This document shows positions 17,965-28,371 of a stretch of DNA of 64,000 nt, one piece after another. Positions within the stretch are counted from its first letter, which is position 1. The number at the start of each line of letters is the position of its first letter. The stretch is from assembly GCA_043799545.1 (NCBI GenBank), contig JAZDNO010000031.1, positions 1 to 64,000 on the forward strand, written 5' to 3'. The stretch comes from Methanobacteriota archaeon. Its GTDB lineage: Archaea; Thermoplasmatota; Thermoplasmata; SG8-5; DAIRED01. The notes under the pieces were generated by a model, which saw only the letters and a list, made by a program, of their open reading frames with translations, was not told the DNA's origin and made no database searches. The translations under genes and the position numbers were made by a program.

Positions 17965-18972
17965 GTGAGGCTCTGCTTCGAGACTTCCGGAGAGCATCCG
18001 ACGCTTCCTGGTGCAGAGATAGCGGCCACGGTGGGGGCAGTCGCGGGAAGGAAACCTTCTGTCACATCGGACGGCCTGGCGATATTCGCTTCGTGCCCTG
18101 CGCGAGCGTCCGCGGGCGTGGTTTCGAGGCTTGCCCTCTGCCATTCGGTTTCCGAGGTTTTGGGGGAGGGCGTTACCGTTGCCGGCGCTGGCGGAATCGC
18201 CCCGCTGAAAGATATCTCCGGAAAATCCGTGAAGGTGCGCGCCACCATCGTATCCGGCGGATGGACCAAAGCACAGCAAGGGGCTGCGGAGCGGAAGGTC
18301 GGAGCCGTGCTTGCAAAGCGAAACGACATCGACCTGCGCGACCCGGAGATCGAGGTGCGGATCGTTCTCGGCTCCATGGCCAGAGTGTGCCGGTTAATTG
18401 GAAAAATCGACAGAAAGGGATTCGAGGCGCGCAAGGGCGAGAACCGACCGTTCTTCTCACCCATATCGCTGCATCCGAAGTACGCGAGAGCGCTGGTCAA
18501 CCTCTCGGGGGTGAGGCCGGGCGGGCGCTTGCTCGACCCTTTTTGCGGGACGGGCGGGATACTCATCGAGGCGTCGCTCGCGGGCGCGAAGCCCATGGGG
18601 AGCGACCTCGACCCCGGAATGGTTGATGGCTCGGCGAGCAACATGGCGCACTTCGGACTGAAACCCGCGAGACTGGAGAAATGCGACGTTTCGGGGATAA
18701 CGGGGTTTTTCGGCCAGGTGGGCGCGGTCGCTACCGACCCGCCGTACGGCAGGGCGTCGTCAACGGGGAAGGAGAAGCCAGGTCTGCTGCACAGGCGCAT
18801 GCTGCTCGCCATCCGAGACGTTCTGGTTCCGGGAGGGCGCGCGGCCATTGTGCTACCCGATACCTCGGTCTTGAAGCATCTTCCGGACGGGCTCCGCATG
18901 GCGGAGAGCCATCCGTTGAGGGTCCACCGCTCGCTCGTAAGGCACTTCGTGGTCCTGCGAAAAGATGGCTAG
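17965..18972 (+). CDS. trm11: tRNA (guanine(10)-N2)-dimethyltransferase (THUMP + methyltransferase)
   Basis: RPFFSPISLHPKYARALVNL, LDPFCGTGG and TDPPYG motifs. Confidence 0.9.
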   Translation: MRLCFETSGEHPTLPGAEIAATVGAVAGRKPSVTSDGLAIFASCPARASAGVVSRLALCHSVSEVLGEGVTVAGAGGIAPLKDISGKSVKVRATIVSGGWTKAQQGAAERKVGAVLAKRNDIDLRDPEIEVRIVLGSMARVCRLIGKIDRKGFEARKGENRPFFSPISLHPKYARALVNLSGVRPGGRLLDPFCGTGGILIEASLAGAKPMGSDLDPGMVDGSASNMAHFGLKPARLEKCDVSGITGFFGQVGAVATDPPYGRASSTGKEKPGLLHRRMLLAIRDVLVPGGRAAIVLPDTSVLKHLPDGLRMAESHPLRVHRSLVRHFVVLRKDG

Positions 18973-20510
18973 CTGGATACGAGCCCGAAGTTCACAGCGT
19001 TCTCGTCCCTTATGCTTCCGCCCGAATCGCTCTTGGCCTGGCCCGTGAGCTGCACGTGCTCCGTTCCCGCAAAGCCTGGGGGAATGATGAAAGTCACGTT
19101 TACCGTGGCGTAATCGCCGCTGTTCAGCCCCAATGTGGCTGTCTCGTTCGTCCCCTCGGGTTCAGACGAGCTGACGAGAACGTTCCAGCCCTGCGTCAGC
19201 ATCGTCCTGTTGAGCGACGCCGTCACGTTCACGCTGAGCCAAGTATTGCCGGTGTTCACCACCGCCATGGTATAAGTGGATTTGCTGGCCGTCGACTGCG
19301 CGCTCAGGTTGACGGCCGCGTTTCTCAGGATGACGACGTTGTCCGCATCGGGCGCCAGGTTGTCCGTGAACTCGAACCCGTACTCGCTCTGTATCTCTCC
19401 CATTGGGACAGGGACGAAACATAGCACCAGCACGACGGCCAGAGCCGCGCCGACGTACTTGCGCGAGTCGCCCAGCCTCGTCACGTCGTTCAGCGGCGGC
19501 GGGTGCCTGATGCCCATGAAGAAGATGAGCACCGCGAAGATGAGCCAGCCGAAGTAGAGGAAGATGCCCAGGAAGACGAGCAACCCCATCGCGGCGTAGC
19601 TGGCCCATTTGGCGCTCGAACCGAGGAGCGCGCGGGCGATGTGGCCGCCGTCCAGCTGCCCGGCTGGAAGGAGGTTTATGGCCGTGACGAACAGCCCGAC
19701 CCAGCCTGCGAAGGCGAGGGGATGGATGACCCGGTTGCCAGGTATCGGTGCGAACGCCATCAGCGCCTCGTAAAATACCGACGGCCCGATGAATGTGCTC
19801 CCGCCGGAGTTTACTATCTCGTTACCAGAGCCAGCGCCCGTCAGTGCCAGCCCCGCCATAGTCATCGGTATGGCCAGCAGGAAGCTGGCTATCGGGCCGG
19901 CCGCGCCGATGTCCAACAGCGCCTTGCGGCTCGGTATCGGCTCCCGGATGCTGATGAACGCCCCGAACGTGCCCAGGGGCGGAAAGCTCGGGATGAAGAA
20001 TGGCATCGAGGCCGCGACCCCGTGGCGCTTGGCGGCGTAGTAATGGCTCAGCTCGTGTGCGCCGAGAATCACCAGAAGAGGGAGCGCGAACGTCAGGAAC
20101 CCCATCATGAGGATTTCCGACGCCCAGACCGAGCCGGTAGCGCCCGTGTAACCGTACCAGAGAGAAGCGCCGGCGATTATCGTCGTCGCCACGGTGACGA
20201 AGAAGAATATGACGTTCACCCATGCGCCGGTGGGCTTCAAGGGCGGAGTGCGCACGACGTGGACCTGGTGCTCGCCTCGTTCGTATGTCAGTATCGGCAC
20301 GTAGTTGTGGAGGCGCATCTCCTTGCGCAGGTTGTCGAAGTCCTGCTCCAGCCTCTGGGGGTCCACGTTGCACGAGAGCGAGACGGTGTCGTAGGTGACC
20401 CTTGTCTCGTAAATCGGGAAGTGCTTGCCCACCAGCCCCCTGATGAACTCGATGTCCGCGGGGTACTGCGTCGGCTCCTGGGGCGGGGTGTACGGGCCAG
20501 CCATTGACAT
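18969..20510 (-). CDS. Site-2 protease (M50) with C-terminal soluble Ig-like domain
   Basis: HELSH zinc motif, AAGP and NLLPAGQLDGGH; beta-rich C-terminal ~140 aa. Confidence 0.93.
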   Translation of the reverse strand: MSMAGPYTPPQEPTQYPADIEFIRGLVGKHFPIYETRVTYDTVSLSCNVDPQRLEQDFDNLRKEMRLHNYVPILTYERGEHQVHVVRTPPLKPTGAWVNVIFFFVTVATTIIAGASLWYGYTGATGSVWASEILMMGFLTFALPLLVILGAHELSHYYAAKRHGVAASMPFFIPSFPPLGTFGAFISIREPIPSRKALLDIGAAGPIASFLLAIPMTMAGLALTGAGSGNEIVNSGGSTFIGPSVFYEALMAFAPIPGNRVIHPLAFAGWVGLFVTAINLLPAGQLDGGHIARALLGSSAKWASYAAMGLLVFLGIFLYFGWLIFAVLIFFMGIRHPPPLNDVTRLGDSRKYVGAALAVVLVLCFVPVPMGEIQSEYGFEFTDNLAPDADNVVILRNAAVNLSAQSTASKSTYTMAVVNTGNTWLSVNVTASLNRTMLTQGWNVLVSSSEPEGTNETATLGLNSGDYATVNVTFIIPPGFAGTEHVQLTGQAKSDSGGSIRDENAVNFGLVSS

Positions 20511-20550
20511 GGTATTCGCGCGGTTGTAGATAAGGGTTGCCGATGAAAAT

Positions 20551-23208
20551 CTACTTGACTTGAGCTCTCAGCGCATCCATAAACTTATCCGCCTGCTCCC
20601 TGGAGCCGCAGACGAACTGGGCGAAGTCCGGGCGCCCGCCGCCCTTCATGCCCAGCGGCGCCGCGGCGGCCTTCCCCAGCTCCCCTGCGCTGAGCGCCTT
20701 GTCCGAGCTGGATACGAATATCGTGGGGGCGTCGTCCCCCGATGCAACGGCCGCGAATTTGACCGCTTTGTCGAGGGACAACTCTTTCGAGACTTCCTGC
20801 GCCAGCGTCCTCGGTTGTTCTAAGGCTTTGAACACGAATCCGTCCTTGGCGGATGCCGCCAATTTTGCAGCGATTTCCTTCGCCCCTACCCTCTCCGCTT
20901 TAATCTGCCCCTTGCGCAGCGCCTTCAACTCCTCGCCCATGCGCTTGACGCTAGCATGAACCTCGTTCGGGCGCACTCCTAGCTCGTCGGCGGCGTCTGA
21001 CAGCGCCTTCTCGCCCTTGCGCACGTGGTCGTAGGCGGTCTTGCCCGCAACGAACTCGATTCGCACGACGCCGTCCTGGATGCGCTTGACCCCTATCAGT
21101 TTGATGAGCCCGACCTCGCCCGTGCGCTCGCAGTGCGTGCCCGCGCAGGCCTCGACGTCCTCGCCCAGGATGTTCACGACCCTGATGTCCCTGCCGGGCA
21201 CGGCACCGCCCTGGTAGAGCCTGAAGCCGTGCTTTCCCTCGGCCTCGGAGCGAATCATAAAATGGGAGTCTATCTCGATGTCGTCGAGCACGATGCGGTT
21301 CGCGACCTCCTCGATTTTCAAAACCTCGTCGCGGGTTATGGACTGGTAGTGCGTGATGTCCAAACGTCCGGACTCTAAATCCTTGTGCGCCCCGGCCTGC
21401 CAGACGTGGTTGCCCAGCACCTGGCGCGCCGCGGCGTTGACGATGTGCGCCGCCGTGTGGTGGCGCATGAGCTGCCTGCGCCTGGGCCAGTCTATCTTGC
21501 ACCTCACTTTCGCTCCAACGACCAGTTTGGATGAGGCCTTGGCCAACTCGTGCACGACGACCGTGCCGACCTTGCGGACGTGAGTGACGGGCACGCCTGA
21601 AATATCCCCCAAATCGGAAATCTGGCCTCCGCCCTCGGGGTAGAAATAGGTCTTGTCCAGCACGACCGCGTTGCCGAATACCGTGAGCACGTTCGCCATG
21701 AACGTCTTCTTGTAAGGGTCCTGGTAGAACAGAAGCTCGGTCGGTGGCGCGTCGATGCGCGTCTCCTCGCCGGCCGCGGCCTCCTTCTCCGGTTTGATGT
21801 GCCTCTCCGCCACGCGCTTGTAGAAATCGTCCGGTATCGTCACCTGGCTCTTCGTGAACTCCCTCACAATCTCCGGGTTGAGACCGTGCGTGTCGTACAA
21901 GTCGACGAGAGTCTCCAGGTCGAACGGCTTTCCGCCCAGCCTGGATTCGATCTGGCCCACGAGCGCCTTCCCCTTGGAGAGGGTCTCCCGGTACTTTTCC
22001 TCCTCGACGGAGACTATGCGCAAGATTCCGTCGCGATTCTCGGCCAGCTCCGGGAAGTGGGGCGCGTAATACGCTATGTGCTCGGCGACAATATCGGCGA
22101 GCGGGAGGCTTAGTTTCAGAGCTGAAATGGAGCGCAGCGCCCGGCGCACCAGCATCCTTGCGAAATAGCCGGCCTTGACGTTCGACGGCATCACGCCGTC
22201 GTTGAGGAGGAACATGAGCGCCCGCGAGTGGTCGCATGCGATGTAGATGTTCTCCATCGGCGTCGTCTCGACCAACAGTTTGTCGAGCGGGATTCCAAGC
22301 CGGTCGGCGACCTTCTGCCTGATTGTGCGCAAATCCGCAGCGGTGTCGATGTTGAGCATTCCGGAGACCTTCGAGAACTCGGAGAGGATGTCCTTGTCGC
22401 CTACGAATCCCGTCTCCTTCTTCACGCGGGCCAGTGTGGGACCGAAGCACGCCTCGTACGCTGAGGACGAGCCCTGGGACATCCAGGTGAAGCGCTCCAG
22501 CCCGTAACCGGTGTCAACGACCTTCATGGGCAGCGGGACCTTGCCCTTGTCCGTCTCGGCGTACTGCATGAAGACCAGCGTCGCAAGCTCAACACCGTCG
22601 ACTATGACCTCGAAGCAAGGACCGGAATTTCCGCCGCCGACCCAATCCGCCTCGATGTAAGTGATGTGCTCCGGACCGACGCCCAGCTCCCTCAGCAAGC
22701 CGTGGCAGAGTTCAACGGTGCGGTCCTTGAAGTAAATCTGCTCTTCAGGAGTGTTGAAAGCGTGATGGGCTATCATCTCGAACATCGTGAAGTGGCTTCC
22801 AGTGCGCCCGACGTTGTCTATGTCGTTGAACCTCGCGCAGGTCTGGGAAATGGTCAGGGGGTTGGCCGGAGGTTTTATCGTCCCGTTCAGGACCCACGGC
22901 TGGAAGTCGTAGATGGATGCCTGGGTGAAGAAGACGTCGTCCCGCCATCGGGCGGTGATGGGATACCTGGCAATCCTGGTGTGGCCGTTGCGCTCAAAGT
23001 ACGAGAGGTACGCCTCGCGCATCTGGTGGATGTCCAGCGCTTTGGCGAAAGGGGATTTTCCCAGGAACTGGTACGGCTCGCACGGGGACTCGTTGCAGGT
23101 TTCCAATCCTCCCTGGGTCCAGAACTGCTTGCCGCACTTCGGGCAGCGCCTGCGCTGGAAGCCTCCCGCGTGGAAGAACTCCAGGTCGTACTCGGAAGCG
23201 TCAGTCAT
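20551..23208 (-). CDS. alaS: Alanine--tRNA ligase (archaeal type)
   Basis: VVDTGYGLERF, editing HTAAH...CAGTH, C-terminal KGGG; start trimmed to ATG 23208. Confidence 0.97.
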   Translation of the reverse strand: MTDASEYDLEFFHAGGFQRRRCPKCGKQFWTQGGLETCNESPCEPYQFLGKSPFAKALDIHQMREAYLSYFERNGHTRIARYPITARWRDDVFFTQASIYDFQPWVLNGTIKPPANPLTISQTCARFNDIDNVGRTGSHFTMFEMIAHHAFNTPEEQIYFKDRTVELCHGLLRELGVGPEHITYIEADWVGGGNSGPCFEVIVDGVELATLVFMQYAETDKGKVPLPMKVVDTGYGLERFTWMSQGSSSAYEACFGPTLARVKKETGFVGDKDILSEFSKVSGMLNIDTAADLRTIRQKVADRLGIPLDKLLVETTPMENIYIACDHSRALMFLLNDGVMPSNVKAGYFARMLVRRALRSISALKLSLPLADIVAEHIAYYAPHFPELAENRDGILRIVSVEEEKYRETLSKGKALVGQIESRLGGKPFDLETLVDLYDTHGLNPEIVREFTKSQVTIPDDFYKRVAERHIKPEKEAAAGEETRIDAPPTELLFYQDPYKKTFMANVLTVFGNAVVLDKTYFYPEGGGQISDLGDISGVPVTHVRKVGTVVVHELAKASSKLVVGAKVRCKIDWPRRRQLMRHHTAAHIVNAAARQVLGNHVWQAGAHKDLESGRLDITHYQSITRDEVLKIEEVANRIVLDDIEIDSHFMIRSEAEGKHGFRLYQGGAVPGRDIRVVNILGEDVEACAGTHCERTGEVGLIKLIGVKRIQDGVVRIEFVAGKTAYDHVRKGEKALSDAADELGVRPNEVHASVKRMGEELKALRKGQIKAERVGAKEIAAKLAASAKDGFVFKALEQPRTLAQEVSKELSLDKAVKFAAVASGDDAPTIFVSSSDKALSAGELGKAAAAPLGMKGGGRPDFAQFVCGSREQADKFMDALRAQVK

Positions 23209-23259
23209 GCTTGGCCGTGGCATCAAAGAGGGGGTTAATAAAAGTACTGAGCCCAAGCG

Positions 23260-24330
23260 CTACTTCTTATTGTCCGGGTGGCTGGAGCAATGCGGGGCGT
23301 GCTCCTCCTGGCGGCCGCACGGACAGCCCTCGCCCAGCGTGACGTGAAGCTCTGGCTCTGGTTTTTTCTTGCCCGCCACAGATGCGATGATGGCGATGCC
23401 AAGGATTCCGACGACGACTGCGAGGGACATGAGTATCGGCACCTCGTAAATCGGCATCCAAGTTATTCCCAGCACCGGTGGTCCCGCGAGAATCATCTTA
23501 ATCCCTATGAATGCCAGCACGACGACGAGCGCCGGTTTGAGGTACTTGAAAGACTGGAGCCCGCCGGCGACCACGAAGTAGAGGGCTCTCAAGCCCAAAA
23601 TCGCAAAGACGTTCGACGTGTACACGATGAAAGTGTCCGAGGTTATGCCCAGCACTGCCGGGACCGAATCGATGGCGAACAACACGTCAGTCAACTCGAC
23701 CATCGCCAGGCAGAGGAGCAGGCAAGTGCCCAGGCGCCTTCCGTTCACCTTGTGGAAGAACTTGCCGTCGTGCGCGTCCTCCGAGAACGGAAGTATGCGT
23801 TTCATGAACTTGTACAGACGGGACTCGGACGGGTCGAACTCATGGTCCCCCATCGCTGCCATCTTGATTGCTGTATATATCAGGAGGCCGCCGAAGAAAT
23901 ACAGAACCGGCTCGTAGGCGTGGATGGCGGCCGTGCCTGCGAATATGAAGATGCCCCTCATGACGAGCGCGCCCATGATTCCCCAGAAGAGGACATGGTG
24001 CTGGTCCTTCGATTTCACTCCGAAAAAGGAGAACAGGATGACGAAGACGAAGAGATTGTCCACCGACAGCATCTTCTCCAGGACGTAACCGGTCAGGTAA
24101 GCCGCGACGGCATCGGTCCGGTTTAACCCGTCCCCTGTTGCGGTCGCGGGATATTCGAGCCAAATGACGATTGAGAACGAAATCCCGATTGCAATCCAGA
24201 AGACGGTCCACTTCACAGCCTCCTTCATGTGGATTGTGTGCGCCTTTCGCTGGAAGACCCCCAGGTCCAGGGCCAGAAGGATGGCTATGAGCGCGAAGAA
24301 ACCGGCCCACATCAAAGTCTGGCTTATCAT
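23260..24330 (-). CDS. TerC/Alx family membrane protein
   Basis: LEKMLSVDNLFVF, LFAIDSVPAV and SNVFAILGLRALYF motifs. Confidence 0.95.
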   Translation of the reverse strand: MISQTLMWAGFFALIAILLALDLGVFQRKAHTIHMKEAVKWTVFWIAIGISFSIVIWLEYPATATGDGLNRTDAVAAYLTGYVLEKMLSVDNLFVFVILFSFFGVKSKDQHHVLFWGIMGALVMRGIFIFAGTAAIHAYEPVLYFFGGLLIYTAIKMAAMGDHEFDPSESRLYKFMKRILPFSEDAHDGKFFHKVNGRRLGTCLLLCLAMVELTDVLFAIDSVPAVLGITSDTFIVYTSNVFAILGLRALYFVVAGGLQSFKYLKPALVVVLAFIGIKMILAGPPVLGITWMPIYEVPILMSLAVVVGILGIAIIASVAGKKKPEPELHVTLGEGCPCGRQEEHAPHCSSHPDNKK

Positions 24331-24371
24331 CGGTTAGCCTGTCCCGACAAAGCGGACTCACATATTAAGCA

Positions 24372-25442
24372 TTATGTCAGGATGTCCCCGAGTTTCCCCT
24401 GTTCCTGCGCGGTTTTTATCTCGCGCGCTATGCGCCTGCCCGTGGTGAGTCCCGGCTCCATGAACTCGCTGTAGGGTGAGCCTGGAACGTTCACGTTCGT
24501 GCCTGCCACTATCCGCGCGGATATCTCGAAGCAGACGAACTCCAGCTTGTCGTTGACGATGGTCTCCAGGCAGAACGGCCCCCACAAGCCTCCGAAGAGT
24601 TCGTACGCCTTCTCGACGGTGCGCTCTCCCATGTCGAAAACCTTCGGCAACAGCGACTCCCTCAGGACGACCGGCACGTTGCCCGTCACGACGAAGGACG
24701 GATATATGTCGAGGCGTTTGAGCTCCTCCTGCCCGCCTAGCTTGTACATCTCGTCCGCGTTCGATTCGTCCCGGCGGTCGGCGCCCATGAGTTCCAGCGA
24801 GCCGTTGGGAAGAGCGTATCCCCCCTTCTGGAGAGGCGAGAAGAAGTAGTGGAGATAGTACCTCGTTCCGAGGATGTACTCCTGGATGTTGTACTTCTGG
24901 GAGAGGTCGATGCCCAGCTTGAAGTCGTGGTAGTCCTTGGCTATGAAGAACCCCCTCCCGCCCTTGGCCCCGTGGTACTTCACCATCACCGGGCGGTTGA
25001 TCTTCTCGGGGCTGTCTATGAGCTCCGGCATGTTCACGCCTGCGGAGGAGAGCCACGCCCTCTGCTTCACCCTGTCCGATTCCCAGTCCAGCACCGCGCG
25101 GTTGCCGAAGTTGGGCAGGTCGAGGTCCGTGAAGCGCTCGGCGCCCAGGTACTCGACGAACGAGCCAGTCGGGACTATCACCACGCCCCTGTCCAGTAGC
25201 TCCGGCGCCCTGTCGATTATCTCGTCGTACGATTTGACCGAGAAGAATTCGTCAGGCTTCGCCAGCGGGAAAGCGTCGTAGAACCTCGGAGGCTTGCCGA
25301 TGCAGATGCCCAGGGTCTTGAACCCCTCCGCGCGCGCCCCGTGGAAAATCTGGAGGCTGGAATGGGAGCAGACGGTCGCAATCGTGAGCTCCTTCTCAGA
25401 ATATTCCTGCAGGTGCTTCGCGATGCGCCCCTTGGGAACCAT
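24372..25442 (-). CDS. purP: Formate-dependent FAICAR synthase, PurP family
   Basis: IATVCSHSSLQIFHGARAEGF, GNVPVVLRESLLPKVF and FEISARIVAGTN motifs. Confidence 0.93.
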   Translation of the reverse strand: MVPKGRIAKHLQEYSEKELTIATVCSHSSLQIFHGARAEGFKTLGICIGKPPRFYDAFPLAKPDEFFSVKSYDEIIDRAPELLDRGVVIVPTGSFVEYLGAERFTDLDLPNFGNRAVLDWESDRVKQRAWLSSAGVNMPELIDSPEKINRPVMVKYHGAKGGRGFFIAKDYHDFKLGIDLSQKYNIQEYILGTRYYLHYFFSPLQKGGYALPNGSLELMGADRRDESNADEMYKLGGQEELKRLDIYPSFVVTGNVPVVLRESLLPKVFDMGERTVEKAYELFGGLWGPFCLETIVNDKLEFVCFEISARIVAGTNVNVPGSPYSEFMEPGLTTGRRIAREIKTAQEQGKLGDILT

Positions 25443-25465
25443 AGCCTTGGATAGAGGCCGGGTAA

Positions 25466-26506
25466 TTAAATTTTTCGTTCGGCAAACTTTATGCGGTCTC
25501 TCGCCCTCAACGACATCCAGACTATCATCAGCATCACGGGTATCTCAATCAGCGGTCCCACGACCGTCGAGACAGCGACCATCGGCATCGTGGCGAAGGC
25601 GGTGAGCGCTATCGCGATTGCCAGTTCGAAGTTCCTGCCAGTGCAGTGGAATCCCATGGTGGACGCGTCTTCGTAATTGTAGCCGAAGCGCCTGCACGTG
25701 TAGAACACCAGGTTGTACAGCAGAAAGAAGAACAAAACGACTGGAATCGCCATCTGCCACACCAGGTTGGGATTGTCCAGTATGACGCCGCCTTTCAGGG
25801 AGAACATCACCACCATCGTGAAAAGCAGAGCGATGAGCTGCATCGCGCCGAATTTCGGCAGCAATTTTTCCTTCAGCCAGACCTCTCCCTTGGTCTTGAT
25901 AAAATAGTTCCTGGTCAAGACCCCCAGCATCAGCGGCAGCCCGAGGTACAGGAGCACGCTCTGGCCAATGAGTATGATGTCTATCGCGATGTACGCCCCG
26001 ACCAGCAGGGCGATGTAGAACGGGGTCGTTATAACCTGGATTATCGAATTCCAAGCCATCAGGACTATTCCGAGGGGGCCATTTCCCTTCGCCAGGTCTG
26101 TCCACACCAGCACCATCGCGATGCACGGCGCTACGCCTAGGAGTATGAGTCCGGTCCAGAGGTATCGCGCCGCTTCTGGTGTTATCATACCGAGGTCCTG
26201 TAGAATCACCTCGAAGAAGATGTATCCCAGAGCGAACAGCAGGAACGGGTTGACGCAGTAGTTGAAGAACACAATTATACCGACCTGTTTCTTGCTTTTC
26301 ATCGCTGCCTTCAGCTCGCCAAGCTCTATCTTCGTCATCGCAGGGTAAATCATCAGGAATAACCCGATGGGGATGCCAAACTCCAGATGCTCGCTGAAAT
26401 TTGGGAAGTACTTACCCATCAATAGACCTATCGCGATGCACAGAGCGACCCACACCGCCAACAGCTTCTCGATCCAGCCCAGCTTCCCGGCTTCATTCTC
26501 TCCCAT
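25466..26506 (-). CDS. acr3: Arsenite efflux transporter, Acr3 family
   Basis: GVAPCIAMVLVW, GRNFELAIAIA and VGPLIEIP motifs. Confidence 0.94.
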   Translation of the reverse strand: MGENEAGKLGWIEKLLAVWVALCIAIGLLMGKYFPNFSEHLEFGIPIGLFLMIYPAMTKIELGELKAAMKSKKQVGIIVFFNYCVNPFLLFALGYIFFEVILQDLGMITPEAARYLWTGLILLGVAPCIAMVLVWTDLAKGNGPLGIVLMAWNSIIQVITTPFYIALLVGAYIAIDIILIGQSVLLYLGLPLMLGVLTRNYFIKTKGEVWLKEKLLPKFGAMQLIALLFTMVVMFSLKGGVILDNPNLVWQMAIPVVLFFFLLYNLVFYTCRRFGYNYEDASTMGFHCTGRNFELAIAIALTAFATMPMVAVSTVVGPLIEIPVMLMIVWMSLRARDRIKFAERKI

Positions 26507-26511
26507 ATCTA

Positions 26512-26796
26512 TCACGCTCCATTACCTGGGTGCGACTTCCTCAACCTCTTGAGCTCGCCGGCCAGCCACGCCAGCGTCGGGAACGATATCGCCCCCTCGG
26601 GGCAGTTGTTCGCGCAGCCGGTACACCCTACGACGCAGTTGTGCGGCCTGGCGACGACGGGCTTTCCGTCCCAGTCGTACGTGTCGTGGGGGCAGTTCTC
26701 GGCACAGGTCTTGCATTTCGAGCACTTGTCCAAATCAACGGTGGGGAACCAGCCTATCTCGTCGCGCGGGATGCCCTTGTACGTCCCGCCCGTCAC
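26512..26796 (-). CDS. 2x[4Fe-4S] ferredoxin-like protein
   Basis: CSKCKTCAENCP and CVVGCTGCANNCP; GTG 26796 after a GGTGA RBS, overlapping the upstream TGA. Confidence 0.9.
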   Translation of the reverse strand: MTGGTYKGIPRDEIGWFPTVDLDKCSKCKTCAENCPHDTYDWDGKPVVARPHNCVVGCTGCANNCPEGAISFPTLAWLAGELKRLRKSHPGNGA

Positions 26797-27041
26797 CCTT
26801 TCACCCTGGCCTTGTTGATTAGCGCCACAACGTCTTGCACGGTGAGCGTCTTGCCAGCCGCCACGACCTTTCCGTCGATTGCCAGGGCGGGCGTGGACAT
26901 TATCCCCTTCTCGACCATCTCGTTTATGTCCGTCACCTTGACCACCTCCGCCTGGACGTTCATCTGCTTCACTGCCTCGCGCACGCTCATCTCCAGGCTG
27001 ACGCACTTGGCGCAGCCGACACCGAACACCTCGATTTTCAT
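26793..27041 (-). CDS. Small thioredoxin-family redox-active disulfide protein
   Basis: MKIEVFGVGCAKC...GIMSTPALAIDGKV; this is the real part of ORF-track entry 26793..28211. Confidence 0.92.
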   Translation of the reverse strand: MKIEVFGVGCAKCVSLEMSVREAVKQMNVQAEVVKVTDINEMVEKGIMSTPALAIDGKVVAAGKTLTVQDVVALINKARVKG

Positions 27042-27052
27042 GTTTTCACCTC

Positions 27053-28204
27053 TCACCCGACCATCCAACCGAATATCAACCCTGCGACCGTGCAAAGAAC
27101 GGCTACCATCCCGACGTAAACGAGGGTCTTTTTCGAGCCCATGACCTGCCTTATCACAAGCATACTCTGCAGCGAGAGCTCCGGGTCCGCGAGCAGGTAA
27201 GCCAGCAAAGGCCCGCGCGCCATCCCCAGGTCGAGGAACATCCGCGCGATTGGGACCTCGACGAGCGTCGGGAAGTACATGAAGACGCCGAACATGACTG
27301 CGATGAGGTTTGCTGACAGGGTGTTGCCGCCAACGTACTCGGCGACCAGATCCTCGGGGATGAGCGCCCCGACGATGCCGGCGGCGAAGACACCGACCAG
27401 CAGGAGCGGTAAAATCATCTTCGTGAAGAACCATGTCTCGCGCATCCAGGCTTTGTTCTCGTCGCTCGTGTTGGTCTTCAGCGCCCAGTAGGCGGCGATT
27501 CCCGCGACGACAATGGCCGCCGGGAGCTGGAAGAATAGGAGTGACTGCCACGCGTCCCACCCGAAGAAGTACCCGACTGGCGCGGTCCCCGCGAGGAGCA
27601 CACCAATCAGGAGGGCGAACAGAACGGCGACCTTGCGCTTTGCCAGCCTGCCGAAGAACGTGACATCCGGAGCGGTGGTCGGGGCGGGGATGGGTTCGGT
27701 GATCTTCGATTCGCTTGGCGAAGGGGCGGCGGCATCGATCTTCCCCTTCCGCTTGTCGGCGCGCTCGAATATCAGCCCCATCAACAACCCTATGAGCATG
27801 CCGAAAAGGATGGCCAATATTCCTCGCGCCGCGGCGATGTCCCAGCCGATGAGGCTGCCCGTGTACGTTATCGCGAGGATGTTTATCGCCGGGCCCGTGA
27901 AAAGGAACGTCACAGCCGGGCCGAGGCCAGCGCCTTTTTTCCATATCCCCGCGAAGAGCGGAAGGATGGTGCAGGAGCAGACAGCTATGAGCAAGCCCGC
28001 AGCAGCGGCTATCGGATAGGAAATCCAGCGCGGAGTGTTCGGCCCCAGGTACTTCGTGATGGCCTCCTTGTCGAAGAGGGCCGAGAGCGCACCGGCGATG
28101 AAGAACGCCGGGACCAGGCAGAGGAGCACATGTGCCGACAGGTAGTCCAGCAGGCCCGAAAGACCCGCCCACAGTAGGTCGAGGATTGCCACAGCGTAGT
28201 CCAT
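27053..28204 (-). CDS. DUF318/ArsP-type permease
   Basis: HVLLCLVPAFFIAG, VCSCTILPLF, FMYFPTLVEVP and PELSLQSM motifs. Confidence 0.9.
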   Translation of the reverse strand: MDYAVAILDLLWAGLSGLLDYLSAHVLLCLVPAFFIAGALSALFDKEAITKYLGPNTPRWISYPIAAAAGLLIAVCSCTILPLFAGIWKKGAGLGPAVTFLFTGPAINILAITYTGSLIGWDIAAARGILAILFGMLIGLLMGLIFERADKRKGKIDAAAPSPSESKITEPIPAPTTAPDVTFFGRLAKRKVAVLFALLIGVLLAGTAPVGYFFGWDAWQSLLFFQLPAAIVVAGIAAYWALKTNTSDENKAWMRETWFFTKMILPLLLVGVFAAGIVGALIPEDLVAEYVGGNTLSANLIAVMFGVFMYFPTLVEVPIARMFLDLGMARGPLLAYLLADPELSLQSMLVIRQVMGSKKTLVYVGMVAVLCTVAGLIFGWMVG

Positions 28205-28215
28205 ATTTCATCTCT

Positions 28216-28243
28216 AAGTATTTCTAATTTATCCGAAATGCTT
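28216..28243. promoter_or_regulatory. Inverted repeat (9-10-9) just upstream of the permease start
   Basis: aagtatttc-N10-gaaatgctt, 8 of 9 positions complementary. Confidence 0.4.
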
Positions 28244-28334
28244 CACGACTATTTAAGAGTTGCTCCTTCGTGGTTGGTAGTTGCGTGTTCCCCACAGGAA
28301 GTTTTATTTACCTTTGTGCAGATATGGTGCTGAT

Positions 28335-28354
28335 ATTTCAATAATTGTTGACAT
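28335..28354. promoter_or_regulatory. Candidate ArsR operator
   Basis: atttcaataattgttgacat, 16 of 20 positions palindromic, 17 nt before the arsR ATG. Confidence 0.55.
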
Positions 28355-28371
28355 TCCACGGAAGGGCGCAC

